The notes beneath the pieces are model-generated. The model saw only the letters and a program-made list of their open reading frames with translations. It had not been told where the DNA came from and searched no databases. From Nymphaea colorata (lineage: Eukaryota), in contig NC_045138.2 of NCBI RefSeq assembly GCF_008831285.2, forward strand, positions 6,634,001 through 6,698,000: a DNA stretch of 64,000 nucleotides, in the 5' to 3' direction. Made by a program: the position numbers and the translations under genes. Of this stretch, positions 26,660 to 39,311 are shown in pieces. The first letter of the stretch is position 1, and each line of letters opens with the position of its first letter.

Positions 26660-27366
26660 TTATTAAAAGCGGGAAAAAAAATTAAAAGAGAAATCAAAGA
26701 GAGATCGAGGAGAGAGGGAGAGAGAGAGAGAGAGAAATCAAAGGGAGATAAAGGAAGAGAGATTAATAAAAGATGGAGAAAGAGAGATCTTAAGAAAGAA
26801 ATTAAAGAGAAAGAGTGACTAATAAAAGAGAGGAATAGAGATTTTAAGAGGGAAATCAAAGAGAGAGATGAAGAGAGAGAAAGAGATTTAAAGAGGAGAG
26901 ATAAATCGAAGAGAGAGAGCGAGGGGAATTGATAAGAAAGATGAAAAAAAAATTGAGAGATATATTGAAGAAAGAGGGAGAGACACCGATTAATAAAGGT
27001 GCGAGAATGATAGATCTTAAGAAAGAAACCTAAGAGAAGAGAGAGAGATTAATAAACGAGAGTGAAGAGTGTCTTGGTGAAAGATTAATGATGGAAGAAG
27101 AAGATGATGATGATTAGAAGAAGATGATTAGTGTTGCTATATGATGTTACTGAACCTTTTCTCTTCATTTTAAGTTGCCTAAATGTGTGTGGTTTTTAAA
27201 ATCGGTATCGTTATGGTTAAATATTCATATTTTTGCATTTTGTTGGCTCTTTTCTCTCTCTTTCTGTCTCTTATCAATACCAGCATTATAAACCATTATA
27301 TCGGCACTTACCGTTACGTATCATCCCATCCCGCCTTATATTATAAACTTAATTTAAATAGTATTG

Positions 27367-27403
<37 letters not shown>

Positions 27404-30200
27404 ATTAGATTGGTACTAGCCACGGCGACAGCTATTGCGGATTTTCCAATGAATTATGGTTATGTTAGAGGGTGTTTGAATGCCTTGAATGTTGATTTTA
27501 TAATTGAAATTGTAAAAACAAAATTATATCGCAAACTGGAATTCAAATGAAAATTCCACTTCTAATTTTCCTTTGTGTTTAACTACAATCTTCGTAACAT
27601 ATACCCTAAGGAAAAATGAAAAAAATCTAGAATCATAATTCCACCTCCTAAGATACAATCACAACATTCTACAACAAGCCCTAAATTCTCAAATCAAAAT
27701 TCTTCATTTGATAACACAATTCCCATGTCATCAAAAATAAGAATTCTACAATTCCAGCCTCATCAAATACTCACTTGGGGATGTCAAAATATCCTATTTG
27801 AATCGGATATCTGATCAAACTATTCCAAACAAAAATAGAATCTGAAAGAAATTGAATATCCAATTAAGAAATCGGATCGGATTCAGCTTTAAGAAATTAT
27901 GTCTGATCCGATTCAGATGTACATAATTTCGGATATGCATTCAGATCTCATTTCTTTTTGAGGAAATATTCTATATCTAATGCTCTTACATTTAGAAAAT
28001 TGAACAAATTTGATCCCAAGTTCATAATCAAATTCAAATATGAATGTAAAAATCAGATTCAGATTGTGAAATCAGATTTTTAGTTTAGATTTGGATATGA
28101 CTTTGTTTTTGTTTGTACTCAAATCCGAACAGAGATAAATATTAGTAAAAGTGAGAAGAAAAATTAAAAGAGAAATCAAAAGAAAACTAGCGAGAGAGAG
28201 AGAGAGAGAGAGAAATGAAAGAGAGATAAAGGAAGAGAGATTAATAAAAAAAGGGAGAAAGAGAGATCTTAAGAGAGAAATTAAAGAAAGAGAGTGTTAA
28301 TAAAAGAGAGAAGAAGAGAGATTTTAGGAGAAATCGAAGAGAGATGAAGAGAGATTAATGAAAGCAAGACAAAATAATTAAAGAGAAAAAGCTTTAAAGA
28401 GGAGAAATAAATTGAAGAAAGAGTACGAGGGGAATCAATGAGGAAGATGAAAAAAAAATTAAGAGAGATATTGAAGAAAGAAATGGAGAGAAGAGATTAA
28501 TAAAAGAGAAAGAATGAGAGATTTTAAGAGAGAAGTCCGTAGCAAGAGAGAGATTGAAGAGAAAAAGTAATAAACGAGAGAGAAAAGGATATTTTAATAG
28601 AAAAATAGGAGAGAGAGAGAGACAACAATAAAAAAAGAAAAAAAGTTAAAAAACAAAATCGTTATCAGAGAGAGAGAGAGCGAGGGAGTGAGAAAGAGCA
28701 CAAATGAGTGAGAAAAAAATATTTTAATAGATGAATAAATAAATAATGAGAGAGATTTAAAAGCCAGAGATAGATTGAGGGAAGGGAGAGAGAAATAGAG
28801 AAACTGAAGTGAGAGAGAAGTTAATAAAAGATAGAAAGAGACATTTCAAGAGAGAATTTAAGAGAGAGAAAGTTTTAAAAAATGAAAGAAAAACTTTAAG
28901 TGAAAAATAAAGGAAAGAGAAAGAGTAGGAAAGAGAAAGAGTAATCAAGAAAGAGAAGAAAAAGCCCTTGCCTTGGTTATGGGCTCAAACTATGAGGGAA
29001 AATAGTCTACTTTAGAAGAAGTTGATGAATGTGGTTCTTCTCGTTATCTTATTATATTTCAATCCTATCGATGATGTACTTCTCAAGGAAAATACATTCT
29101 TGAGACACCAATAGAATGGTCAATAAGTGATTATCAAGAGAATGAAGGAAAGAATGTGATTAAACTTGTGGTTCCTAAATAAAAGAGTAAATAGCAGAGA
29201 TTTTAAGGGAGAAATCGAAGAGAGAGAGAGAGATATGAGGGAGAGAGAGAGAGATTAATATAAGAGAGAAAAATGGTGATATTAAGAAAGAAATGAAAGA
29301 GAGAGATTAATAAGAGACAAAAAATATATTTTAAGAAACAAATCCAAGAGAGAGAGAGAAATTAATAGAAAGGAGAAAAAAAACCTGAAGAAAGAAATAG
29401 AAGAGAGAGAGAGAAAGAGGTTCAAGAGAGAGAAAGAAAATGAAAAGATAGAGGATGGAGATTGATAAAGGAGTGAGAAAGAGATTTTGAAAGAGAGATT
29501 AGAGAGAGAGATTAAGAGAAGAGAGAAAAAGAGATATTTTAAGTGGAAAATTAAATAGAAAGAGATTAATAAAAGAGAAATTTGACTAAGACAGAGAGAG
29601 ATTAATAAAAAAGAAAATGAATACTTTAAGTGAGAAATCAAAGCGAGAGAGATAGAGATCAATAAAAGAGGAATTTAAAAGTGATATCGGAGAGAGAAAC
29701 CAAAAAGAGAAAGAGAGGTTAACAAAAGAAAGTGAAAGAGAGAAATTTTGAAAGAGAAATTGAAGAGAGAGAGAGGAAAAGGTAGATTTTAAAAAAGAAA
29801 TCAAAAAGAGAGAGAAAGAGAGGGATTAATAAAAAAGAGCGAAAGAAATGTTTTAAGAGAGAAATTATATATATATATATATATCAAGGAGATAGAGAGC
29901 AATTAATAAAGGAGAGAGAAAAATATATTTAAGAGAGGAATCGAAGAAAAACAAACATAGATTAACATACAAAAGAGAGAAAAATTTTAAAGGAGAAATC
30001 AAAGAAAGAGAGACAGACAAGAAAAATAGAGAGGTAGAGAGGAAGAAACTGAAAAAAGAAATAGATTAATAAAAGAAAGAAAAAATGAGATTTTAAGAAA
30101 GAAATCAAAGAGAGAGAGAAACAATAGAAAGAGAAATCACCACAAGAGAAAAGGAAAGAAAGATTAATAAAGGAGAGAGGATAACTGTAAGAAAGGGAGA
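26660..30200 (+). repeat. GA-rich degenerate repeat (GAGAGATTAATAAAA...GATTTTAAGAGAGAAATCAAAGAGAG), interrupted at 27120-28130; also 13510-14500
   Basis: Purine-rich plus strand with recurring ATTAAT, TTTTAAG and AAATCAAAG motifs. Confidence 0.85.
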
Positions 30201-31861
30201 TGAATCCATAAAAGATTTAAATGTAGCCATAAAACTCCTAGGTTGAATGTTACTTTTAAGGCTGTGCACAAGGCAGACATCAGTTGGCGTAACCTGCTAT
30301 AACTTGTCAATTACTATAACTTGTCAATTAGAATGAATGCTTGCAGTTGTTCATTCCCGGCAAGTTACCTTGGGAGCTAGAAGCAGGAGGAGGTGACTAT
30401 GAGCTAACTGTCACACAAATCATGAAGAAGGAACATAACAAATCTCAGGAGTAGTTACTAGCGCCCAAGATTTCTCCTTCATATTATGGAAGAATAAAGA
30501 GACTGTGAAAAATATTTTTTATGGTATGACAAATGGATGATTGAACTTCAAGAAAATGAATTGCAATTAGGCCAAAGCAATGAACAACCACTTTTAACAC
30601 AGAGGAAGAGCGGGGTGGAATACCTTAAAGAGGTAGACACCCTTCCCTCTGCCTCCAAGGTCTTGGGTTGAGACCTGAGTAAACTTATAATGTTACACCC
30701 TTCAACTTCTAAAAGCAATATATGCCACCACTTTGCAATCCAGAGAAGTAGTGTCAATGAAAATCAGATTGAAGACCTGACTTTCACGCATATTTCACAA
30801 TGGAAAACAGATCCGCTTCATTTTAAGTGTAGTTCACCCTTCATGCCCCATTGTGTCAACCATGACATTCTTCAATTAGTAGTGCGGTGACTCAATAATC
30901 TATCAAACAAAAAAACAAGGATCTAATACAATGTATTATCTGAATTTTGTAAGATGACTTCCAAAATTGAAATTATTTACAACACATTCAATTTGCAATC
31001 TGGCTTCACATGTGCCAAGGATTAGATGATGGATGGTGCGGAGGATGATGGAGCTTCAAAATTTCCAGAAAAGGGCGAAAGAACCTCACCTAATTTGAGG
31101 TCTGGCTTCAATTGTGCCAAGGATTAGATGACTCAGTGGCCAGATTCTCACCTAGTTTGCCAAGGTTTACCACATCTGAACACTATGTTATATTTGGCAC
31201 TTCTTAGTTGCATCTGTTATATTCTTACACAGGCTGCTGCTGCAGCAAGTTCACAGACCCTACAACCAAATGAAACAAATGAAGATGACTGGGTCCAACA
31301 GTCTGTTCCCTTCTTTCTTTACTGTTATTGTCGTATCAAGTGGGTGGTTGTCGACGGCCTCTTCTGCAGTCTGGTTCTCCAAACACTCGTGAGGTCGAAA
31401 CTGGAGGGAAAGTGGAAGACAAGGAAAAGTTTCCTGCTGGTTCCTGCAAGGTCGAGAGGGGGGAAAAGGGAAGATGGTGAGGGCTGTCCACTCGTTAGGG
31501 GTCTCAGGGTCTGAAGAACTCAAAAGAGGCTTTCAGTGATCTTCACATTGCGTCGCAGTTACGAGCAGAGAGAAAACGCAATGGTTCCAACGAGGTTGAA
31601 ACGGGGGAAGGGGAAGACGGGGAGGGGGGAGAGAAAGATGGGGAAGTCTGTCCGCTCGCCTGGGGTCTCTTCTCCCTGTGCTTTGTCATCAGCTGATTTC
31701 TCAGAATATTGCTGAGCCTTTGGCGGAGAACTGTTGGAAAGAGATGCATATACGAAAACCCTCATTCGCCTAGGGTATGCTTGCTTATTTCTTGAGGTCC
31801 TCTTAAATTTTGTTCCCAAGCCTGTCGTGGGGATCACATTGGGAGAAAACCAGGTCTCTCT

Positions 31862-33496
31862 TGAAAGAATTCTAGATCTAAAAGAGAACGAGAGAGGAAT
31901 ACTTTTTCTATATTCACTTTCATTGTTGATGATACACAATATATATAATCTTCTAAAGATATCTCTCAGCAGACATACAGAGAATTAAATAGTTACAACA
32001 GAAATTGGGAAAGAGATAAATTTGAAATTTACTATCCTTAAATACAGGATATGATGATATTTATCTCTTGGCAAATCTAATGGTATCAGCTTCAATTCTT
32101 TCCTTAACAGCCTCCCACAAGCTGAATGGAGGTTCCACGAAGTTGAGATTGTGCCAAAAATCTTTAAACATAGTTCTTCCAAGGGCCTTTGTCATTCCAT
32201 CCGCTAATTGTTCTTTGGTCCTGATAAAGTTCACTTGAATTTCTCCTTCATTAACATGATCTCTAACAAAGTAAAGATCAACTTCAACATGCTTTGTTCG
32301 AGCATGGAATACACGATATGATGCTATATATAGGGCCCCTATATTGTAACACGATAAGATTGGTGCTTCTAACGATTGAATATTTAACTCCTTTAAAAGA
32401 GATTTTAGCCATACTATTTCTGCAGCAGCACAAGCTAAAGACTTCTACTCAGCTTCAGCGTTTGACTGAGTGACTGTCTGCTTTCTAGAGGCCCATGAGA
32501 TTATATTGTTGCCTAAGAGAGCAGCAAAACCCTGACTTCCAACAAAGGTGTTTAATTGCAATGATGGTGATCAAGTCAAGCGAAGAGCATAATGGCTTGT
32601 TCTTTTTAAGTAACAAAGAATCCTTTTAACCATTGTCCAGTGAATAGACTTTGGAGAGTGCATGAATTGACATGCACGATTTGTAGAAATGCAATGTCTG
32701 GACGAGTCAGGGTGGCATATTGTAACACCCCTACTACACTCCGATATAGTAGGATCCCAAAAGAAATACTCATCATCAACTTTATCAACTTTAGGGGTCA
32801 CAATGGCAGATGTCATAGGTTTGGCATTATCCATTTGAGCTTTGTGAATAATGTTATTAATATAGTTTTGTTGGCATAGATACAAGTCCCCCGGTTTTTG
32901 CTTGACTTTAATGCCGAGAAAATATGCCAAGGGGCCAAATCCTTCATGGAAAAGTCAGATTCAAGCTGCTGAATGACTTAAGAGATAAGGTGTGGAGCTG
33001 ATCTGGTGATGATCAAATCATCAATATAGACTAAGAGATATAGTTGGTGAGAGCTGCAGGAGTAAATGAACAATGATGCATCTGATTGAGAAACATTAAA
33101 TCCAATACCTCAAAGATAGCAGCTTAGGCAATGATACCATGCGTGCGGGGCTTGCTTGAGCCCAAACAAAGCCTTATCTAACTTGCATACATAGTGGGGG
33201 AAATTTTGATCTTCAAAGCCCTCTGGTTGACCCATATAAACATCATCTAAAAGATACCCATTTAGAAAAGCATTGTCAAAATCAAGTTGTCTTAAAGGCC
33301 AACGAAAATGAACTGCTAAAGAGAGTATTACCCTTATAGTGGTAGGTTTGACACTGAGGCTGAATGTTTCTTGATAAGCAATTCCAGCAGTTTGAAGAAA
33401 ACCACGAGTCTATCCTTATGCCACGCAATAGAGCCATCAGGGAGACGTTTAATTTTATACACCCATTTGGAGCTGATAATATAAAATTCTGGTTTA
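31862..33496 (-). mobile_element. Ty1/Copia 3' half (degenerate RT, RNase H, PPT, ~250-bp 3' LTR 31862-32109)
   Basis: [44 protein letters not shown] and RNase H RTKHVEVD-like motif; TGTGGGAGGC precedes TGTTAAGG at 32109; LTR ends TTCTTTCA. Confidence 0.85.
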
Positions 33497-33875
33497 CGTC
33501 CTAGAGCTTCTTTTAAGTACCTTAAAATTCTATCAATAGGAGAGAAATGAGCTCGTTGGGAGGATGCATATATTTGCTTACTTCACTAACTGCATAGGTA
33601 ATGCCAGGCCTTGTAATAGTAAAATACATCAATTTTTCAACAATACGTTCGCAATAGAGCCATCAGGGAGACGTTTAATTTTATACACCCATTTGGAGCT
33701 GATAATATAAAATTCTGGTTTACGTCCTAGAGCTTCTTTTAAGTACCTTAAAATTCTATCAATAGGAGAGAAATGAGCTCGTTGGGAGGATGCATATATT
33801 TGCTTACTTCACTAACTGCATAGGTAATGCCAGGCCTTGTAATAGTAAAATACATCAATTTTTCAACAATACGTT
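33424..33875. repeat. Apparently perfect 226-bp tandem duplication (33424-33649 / 33650-33875)
   Basis: CGCAATAGAGCC...CAATACGTT occurs twice head-to-tail. Confidence 0.93.
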
Positions 33876-36800
33876 AATAATGTTTTGCATCTTGTACTGG
33901 TTCTTCACGATCTATCTTGTCAAGTTTGTGATTTACCTCTATTGGTGTGACTGCTGGCTTCGCTCCAAGTTTCCTTGTTTCCTTTAATAGATCAAGAGCA
34001 TATTTCTCGGAATGACTTACCTCTATTCCTAGGAAGTATTTCAATCTTCCTAGATCTTTTATCTCGAACTTTTGATGGAGATATAATTTGGTCTTCTCAA
34101 CTATGTTCTTGGAATCCCCTGTGATGACAATATCATCCACATAAACAAGAACCAAAACAGTTTTATTTTGGTAATGATGAATGAATAAAGTTTTGTCTGA
34201 AACACTGCGTTTGTACCCAAAATCGATCAAGGCAGAACTGAGCTTTGAGTACGAAGCTCGCGGGGATTGTTTGAGTCCATAGATAGACTTCTTCAAAATT
34301 TTCTGGTTTTCATAATGGAGGACTTGAGGAATTTTCATGTAGACTTCTTCCTGTAAATCACCCTGAAGAAAAGCATTCTTTACGTCAAGCTGAAATAAAT
34401 CCCACTCATGATTGCAGGCAATAGATACAAGGGTACAAAGAGTTGTCATCTTTGCCACTGGAGTATACGTTTCTGTATAGTCAATCCCTTCTGTTTGAGA
34501 GAAGCCGTGACCAACAAGACGAGCTTTATGTCTGCCAAAAGTTCCATCACTATGAAATTTCAGTTTAAAAACCCATTTGCAACTAACAGGTTTTTTACGT
34601 GGAGGAAGAGGGACGAGTTCCCATGTGTCATTTTTTGTTACAGCATCTAGTTCGTCTCTTATGGCATTTTTCCAGCAAGGATCTTGAACAGCCTCTTCAA
34701 ATGTCCTTGGTTCAGAGGCTTTGTTTGACTGCCTAAAAAAGGTTGTCTGAGTTTGAGAGAAAACACCATAATCAACGCAGGCTTCTATCGAACATTTAAC
34801 CATACTGCTCATAGCAAAATCTTTGTATTGTTCGGGCTGTTGGCGAAGTCTTTCTGAGTGCCGAAGATTGTTCTCTTGTTGTGTCTCAGTAGCAGTAACT
34901 TGCCAGGAATGATGTTGTCGAATCCTTTCCGGTCGCCGCAGGGTGTTTTCTAGCTGTGTTTCAGTTGCAGTGATTTGTCGTGAGGCACTATCAACTCTTT
35001 CAATGATAGGAGTGGTATCTTTTTTATTTTGGACTTAAATAGAAACTTTACCATTCTCAACGTCAGCCATAGGAAAAACATTAGGAAGAGGGAGAGGCTG
35101 AAATTTTGAGTTTATTTTCTCCCTTTGAGGATGAACTTGAGTCTCCCCCTAAGGATGATTTTCAAAATATGCTTGCAACTCATCAAATCTAACATCGCGA
35201 GATATACACATTTTCCTTAAAGCCACATCAAAACATCTATATCCTTTCTTGGTAGGAGAATATCCGATAAACACACATTTTATGGCACGAGGTTGTTTCG
35301 ATGTTTGGGAGATTTCCAAACATAAACAATGCACCCAAACTTTCCAAGATGTTCAATAGTGTGTTTCGTTCCTTTAAGAACTTCAATGGGGGATCTATTT
35401 TCAAGATAGTGTCTTGGTTGCCTGTTTATAATATAGTTGGCTGCTAAAATTGCTTCACTCCAAAAGCGTTCTAGAACATTGTTTTGGAAAAGCAACGCAC
35501 GAGTCACTTCAAGTAAATGCCTATTTCTTCTTTCAGAAACTCCGTTCTGTTGAGGTGTTTATCTACATGTAGTCTGGTTGTGTATGCCAACCTTGTTGAC
35601 AAAGGACTCAAAATTCTTGTTTATATATTCAGTCCCATTGTCTCTCCGTAAGGTTTTAATTTTTGTCCCAAACTGAGTGACTACCATGTCGTAAAATATT
35701 GGAAAATTAGAAAACAACTTGTCCTTGGTTTTTATGAAATATATCCAACCCACACGAGAATAATCATCAATGAAGGATAAGTAGTACTTAAAACTATTAT
35801 ATGAATCAAGAGAGGCTGGTCCCCAAATGTCCGAGTGAACAATCTCAAAAACTGACTTAGTAGTACTTTCAGAGGAAGAAAATGGTGGTCTGGTTAACTT
35901 GGCATACCGGCACACCTCACAAGCATTGCAATCAGAAAATATTCCAGGCTTCAAGGAATTTAAAACATAATTTGATGGATGCCCCAACCTCAAATGTCAT
36001 TTTTCTCCTTCAGTCTTGCTTGTAGTGGCAGCAAGTGCCTTATTTCTGCAATTCAAGTAATAGAGACCGCGAAATTCGTCCCATTCACCAATCGTCTTCC
36101 CGGTGATCTGATCCTGAAACACAACCTTTGAGGGCGAGGAAATCACATTACAGTTGTAAGTCTTGGTTATCTTACTGACAAACATGAGATTCGAAGTCAA
36201 ATTAGGCATATATAAAACATCAATAGGACCCTTCTTCTCAAAAAATTGTGTAACTCTCTTTCCTGTGACGCTAATCTTGCCGCCATTAGCTATAGTAACA
36301 GGTTTTATATAAGAGACACCTTCAATGTCGGTTAAAATTGTTTTGGAACCAGCCATATTATCAGATGATCTATTATCCAAGTATTGTCGTCTAAACAAGA
36401 CAAAAAACTGCACGTACCTGCAACGTCACCGCTTTCGTTAGCAGCCAAGGTAGCTGAATTTTGTTTGACAAAATTCTGTAAAAGTTGGGTCAGCTTTTCC
36501 ATGGTCACCGGAGTATCTTTCTGATCATCATGAAAAACATGAGCAGCCTTGTGTCGTCCTTCATCATTCAATTTTTTGTTTAGCTTCCAACATTTCTCTC
36601 TTGTGTGATTTTCTTTCTTGCAATAAGTACAAAAAAGTTTCCTTTTTCCTTTGGAATTTAAAAACCTAGAACCAGAAGACATACTCACGTCCTTTTGTTT
36701 GGAGACCATTGCTGCTTGGGAGTCCTCCTCAGTTCGGTTGAAAGGATCCATGATTTGATGTCGGGTTTCCTCACGCATAATGATGGAACTGACGGTGCTA

Positions 36801-37497
36801 AGTTTGGGAACTTCCAGTGACATGAGAACTTGACTGCGCAGTCGCTATAGGGGTATAGGATTCCCATTCATCCCATAAGGCGCGAAGTTGTCCAAGATAT
36901 TCTGTGAAGGTCATCTCCTTGTTTGAGCTTGCTGATTTCTTGCGCTAATTGAAAACGTCGAGCGACATTGTATTGCTGGCTATAGAGATCACGAGCTGCC
37001 TCTCACACATCCTTGACAGCTTCAAGAAAAAAGAGTCCACGAGCAATTTTTTCCTCCATGGAATTCAAGAGCCACGACTTGACAATGTGGTTGTTTGATT
37101 CCCATTCGGCAAATTTCGGATCATTCTCAGCAAGCTTTGGTTTGCTGCCGGTGACGTGGCCGAGTCTAGACTTTCCACTTAGGAAAAGTTTAGCAGATTT
37201 TTCCCAGGTAATATAATTGAACCCATTTGAGGATTCAATGGTGATTTTGAGTGCAGGATTGACGCTGTCCTGCAACTCTGTTGCTGAGGCCAATCCCCTG
37301 CTCCTTGTGACTGGGAGCTATTATCTGCCATGATAACCTGATGAGAGAAACCTTCAATATCGCACGAACCTGGAACTATATCGAAGGGACAGAACTCTGC
37401 TTCCTCCTGAATTTGCAGTTGCGCGTCTCGCAGAAGCCTTCTGGCGATACTCAGAATATAGCGACACTAAGAAGTTCGTAGAAAATCTCCCAAACCT

Positions 37498-37870
37498 CCG
37501 TTTGCCCTGAAATTTGGACTGAAGGTCGACAAGATGAAGGGGAAGGGACGCCCCAAAAATCAGCCCCAAGAGAGCCTCCACGAAGAAATGCACCCCGTCT
37601 GAATATTTTTGGAAATTGCAGTCTCTGTTTACAGTAGAATAGAGTACTCCAGCAGCGTGCATGATGAAAAATTCATAGAAAATCACCCAGGCATCCGTTA
37701 GCCCTGAAATTTGGACTGAAGGTCAACAAGATGAAGTGAAAGGGACACCCCAAAATCATCCTCAACGGAACCTCCATGAAGAAATGCACCCCGTCTGAAT
37801 ATCTGGAATTTTTTATCGTGACAATCTCTGTTTACAGTAAAACAGAGTACTCCAGTGGCGTTCACGATTC
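37498..37870. repeat. ~198-bp two-copy tandem repeat in the Copia 5' UTR
   Basis: GCCCTGAAATTTGGACTGAAGGTC at ~37504 and ~37701. Confidence 0.85.
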
Positions 37871-38058
37871 TCCTTCGCCAGAAATTGAGGCTTTTCCCCA
37901 AATCGATCACGGAGATATACTCTGATTTCTGCTAAGCCTTCCACAATGAAATAAATGTTGTTTTGCTGGTGACACCTCCAATCAACGGAGCCTATAGAAA
38001 ACAGCAAATGTTGTTTAGCAGTGGACGACATGGAATACTCCATTTCAATAGGAACCTG

Positions 38059-38070
38059 GCTCTGATACCA
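38059..38070 (-). promoter_or_regulatory. Primer-binding site complementary to initiator tRNA-Met
   Basis: TGGTATCAGAGC on the minus strand; an identical site lies at 8384-8395. Confidence 0.92.
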
Positions 38071-38428
38071 TAAAGATTAGGGAGAAGAATCAGAAAAGCA
38101 CAGAGTATACGTGGTTCGGCATGTATGCCTACGTCCATGAGAAGCAAAGGAGAGCTCGTATTGTATATTTTCTCTATATCGTTGTTTCACTCTACAATCA
38201 CTATTTCACGTGAGTGAATACAACAGTTACAAAGCAAGAAATCATGGAAAGAACAATTAACGGCAATCCATGGTGGGCAATTTTTAATATAGGTAACATA
38301 TCCAACTAATCATGGAAATACCATGAATAGCATTGCCATAAGGGCCTCATTTAGAACCGTTTCAACACTCTTTCTCTTTGATTTGTTTCTTAAAATGTTT
38401 CTTTATCTATCTTTTATTATTCCATGAT

Positions 38429-38830
38429 CACTACAAAAAATATGATGTTTTCTGACGGAAAGAAAAATCACCTGCGACTGCAAATGACGTGATAAAGTTC
38501 AAGACAACTTTTACATTTACCGACTTCCCACAAAAATGTCATCAATAAAGATCTGCTATTTGCTGATGGTCAGTTGTCACATCAGTTGTTTGTGTTGAAA
38601 CTCTACTGTTACTCTACTATTACAGATGGCCCATACAATCCGTCTATATTTGTTAGGAGCATCATTGACAAACTCATTGTTCGTCAGTAATTATCGAAGA
38701 ACCATTGACAATATTTATTGTCAACTTTTATTGATGTCACCTTTTTGTCGTCAGTAACACTTATCACTATTGATTCGCCATTCTATTAGTGAATGTTAAC
38801 CTTTATTTTCATCTGTCGACGCCCTATTCC
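38429..38830 (+). mobile_element. One end of a CACTA (En/Spm-like) element
   Basis: CACTACAAAAAA terminus followed by subterminal TGACG/CGTCA(G) repeats; no clear matching far TIR seen. Confidence 0.6.
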
Positions 38831-39181
38831 CCTTCTCCCTTTCTGCTTCTTCCCCTTCAATAGTGCAACGACGGTCCCACCAGCAACAAGTCAGCCCACC
38901 AGCGATGAAGCACTCCACGATCGGCGACCCACTACCACGGCCACTGTCTTTCACTTTTTTCGTTAATTACACACTCTCTTTCCTAGGTCTCCCTCTCTCT
39001 CTTTAGTTTCTTTCTCTTTTAAAAAATCTCTTATTTACTTTCTTTCTCTTGATATTTATCCCCCTTTGTCTCTCTTTCTCTTTGATTTCTTTTTTAAAAT
39101 CTTATTTTCTCTCTTTTTTATTAATCTCTCTCTCTTTCAAAGTATGTTTCTTTCTCTCCTTTTAATTTCACTCTCTCTCTC

Positions 39182-39216
<35 letters not shown>

Positions 39217-39311
39217 GATTTCTTTCTCAAATTTTTCTCTCTTTTATTAATCTTCATCTTCCTTTCTCTTCTTCTATTTAGCCCTCTCTTTCTCTTTATC
39301 TCTCTCTCTTT

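Larger units (their letters stand above)
21520..30800 (+). repeat. Left arm of large inverted segmental duplication (NLR1 plus flanks)
   Basis: Homologous in reverse complement to ~45730-54700. Examples: 30358 GGCAAGTTACCTTGGGAGCTAGAAGC vs ~46160; 21560 GCTGTTGCATCTACTCTCTACCAC vs ~54630. Confidence 0.85.
33497..38367 (-). mobile_element. Ty1/Copia 5' part (5' LTR ~38071-38367, PBS, gag, protease, integrase, RT), frameshifted and 3'-truncated
   Basis: LTR starts TGTTGAAA at 38367; PBS at 38070-38059; zinc knuckle CTYCKKENHTREKC; integrase RLGHP/VHSDIWGP/FIDDYSR/RDNGTEY; RT QLDVKNAFLQG, LYGLKQ-like IYGLKQSPR, LVYVDD; INT lies before RT (Copia order). Confidence 0.93.

Noticed and set aside
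26605..29804. F/L/S-rich 'membrane protein' ORFs (also 43360-47986)
   Set aside because: Artefacts of CT-rich low-complexity DNA.
31862..38367. Single intact Copia element
   Set aside because: LTRs do not match, flanks (TCTCT vs CTCTT) are not a TSD, there are two RT regions and many frameshifts.
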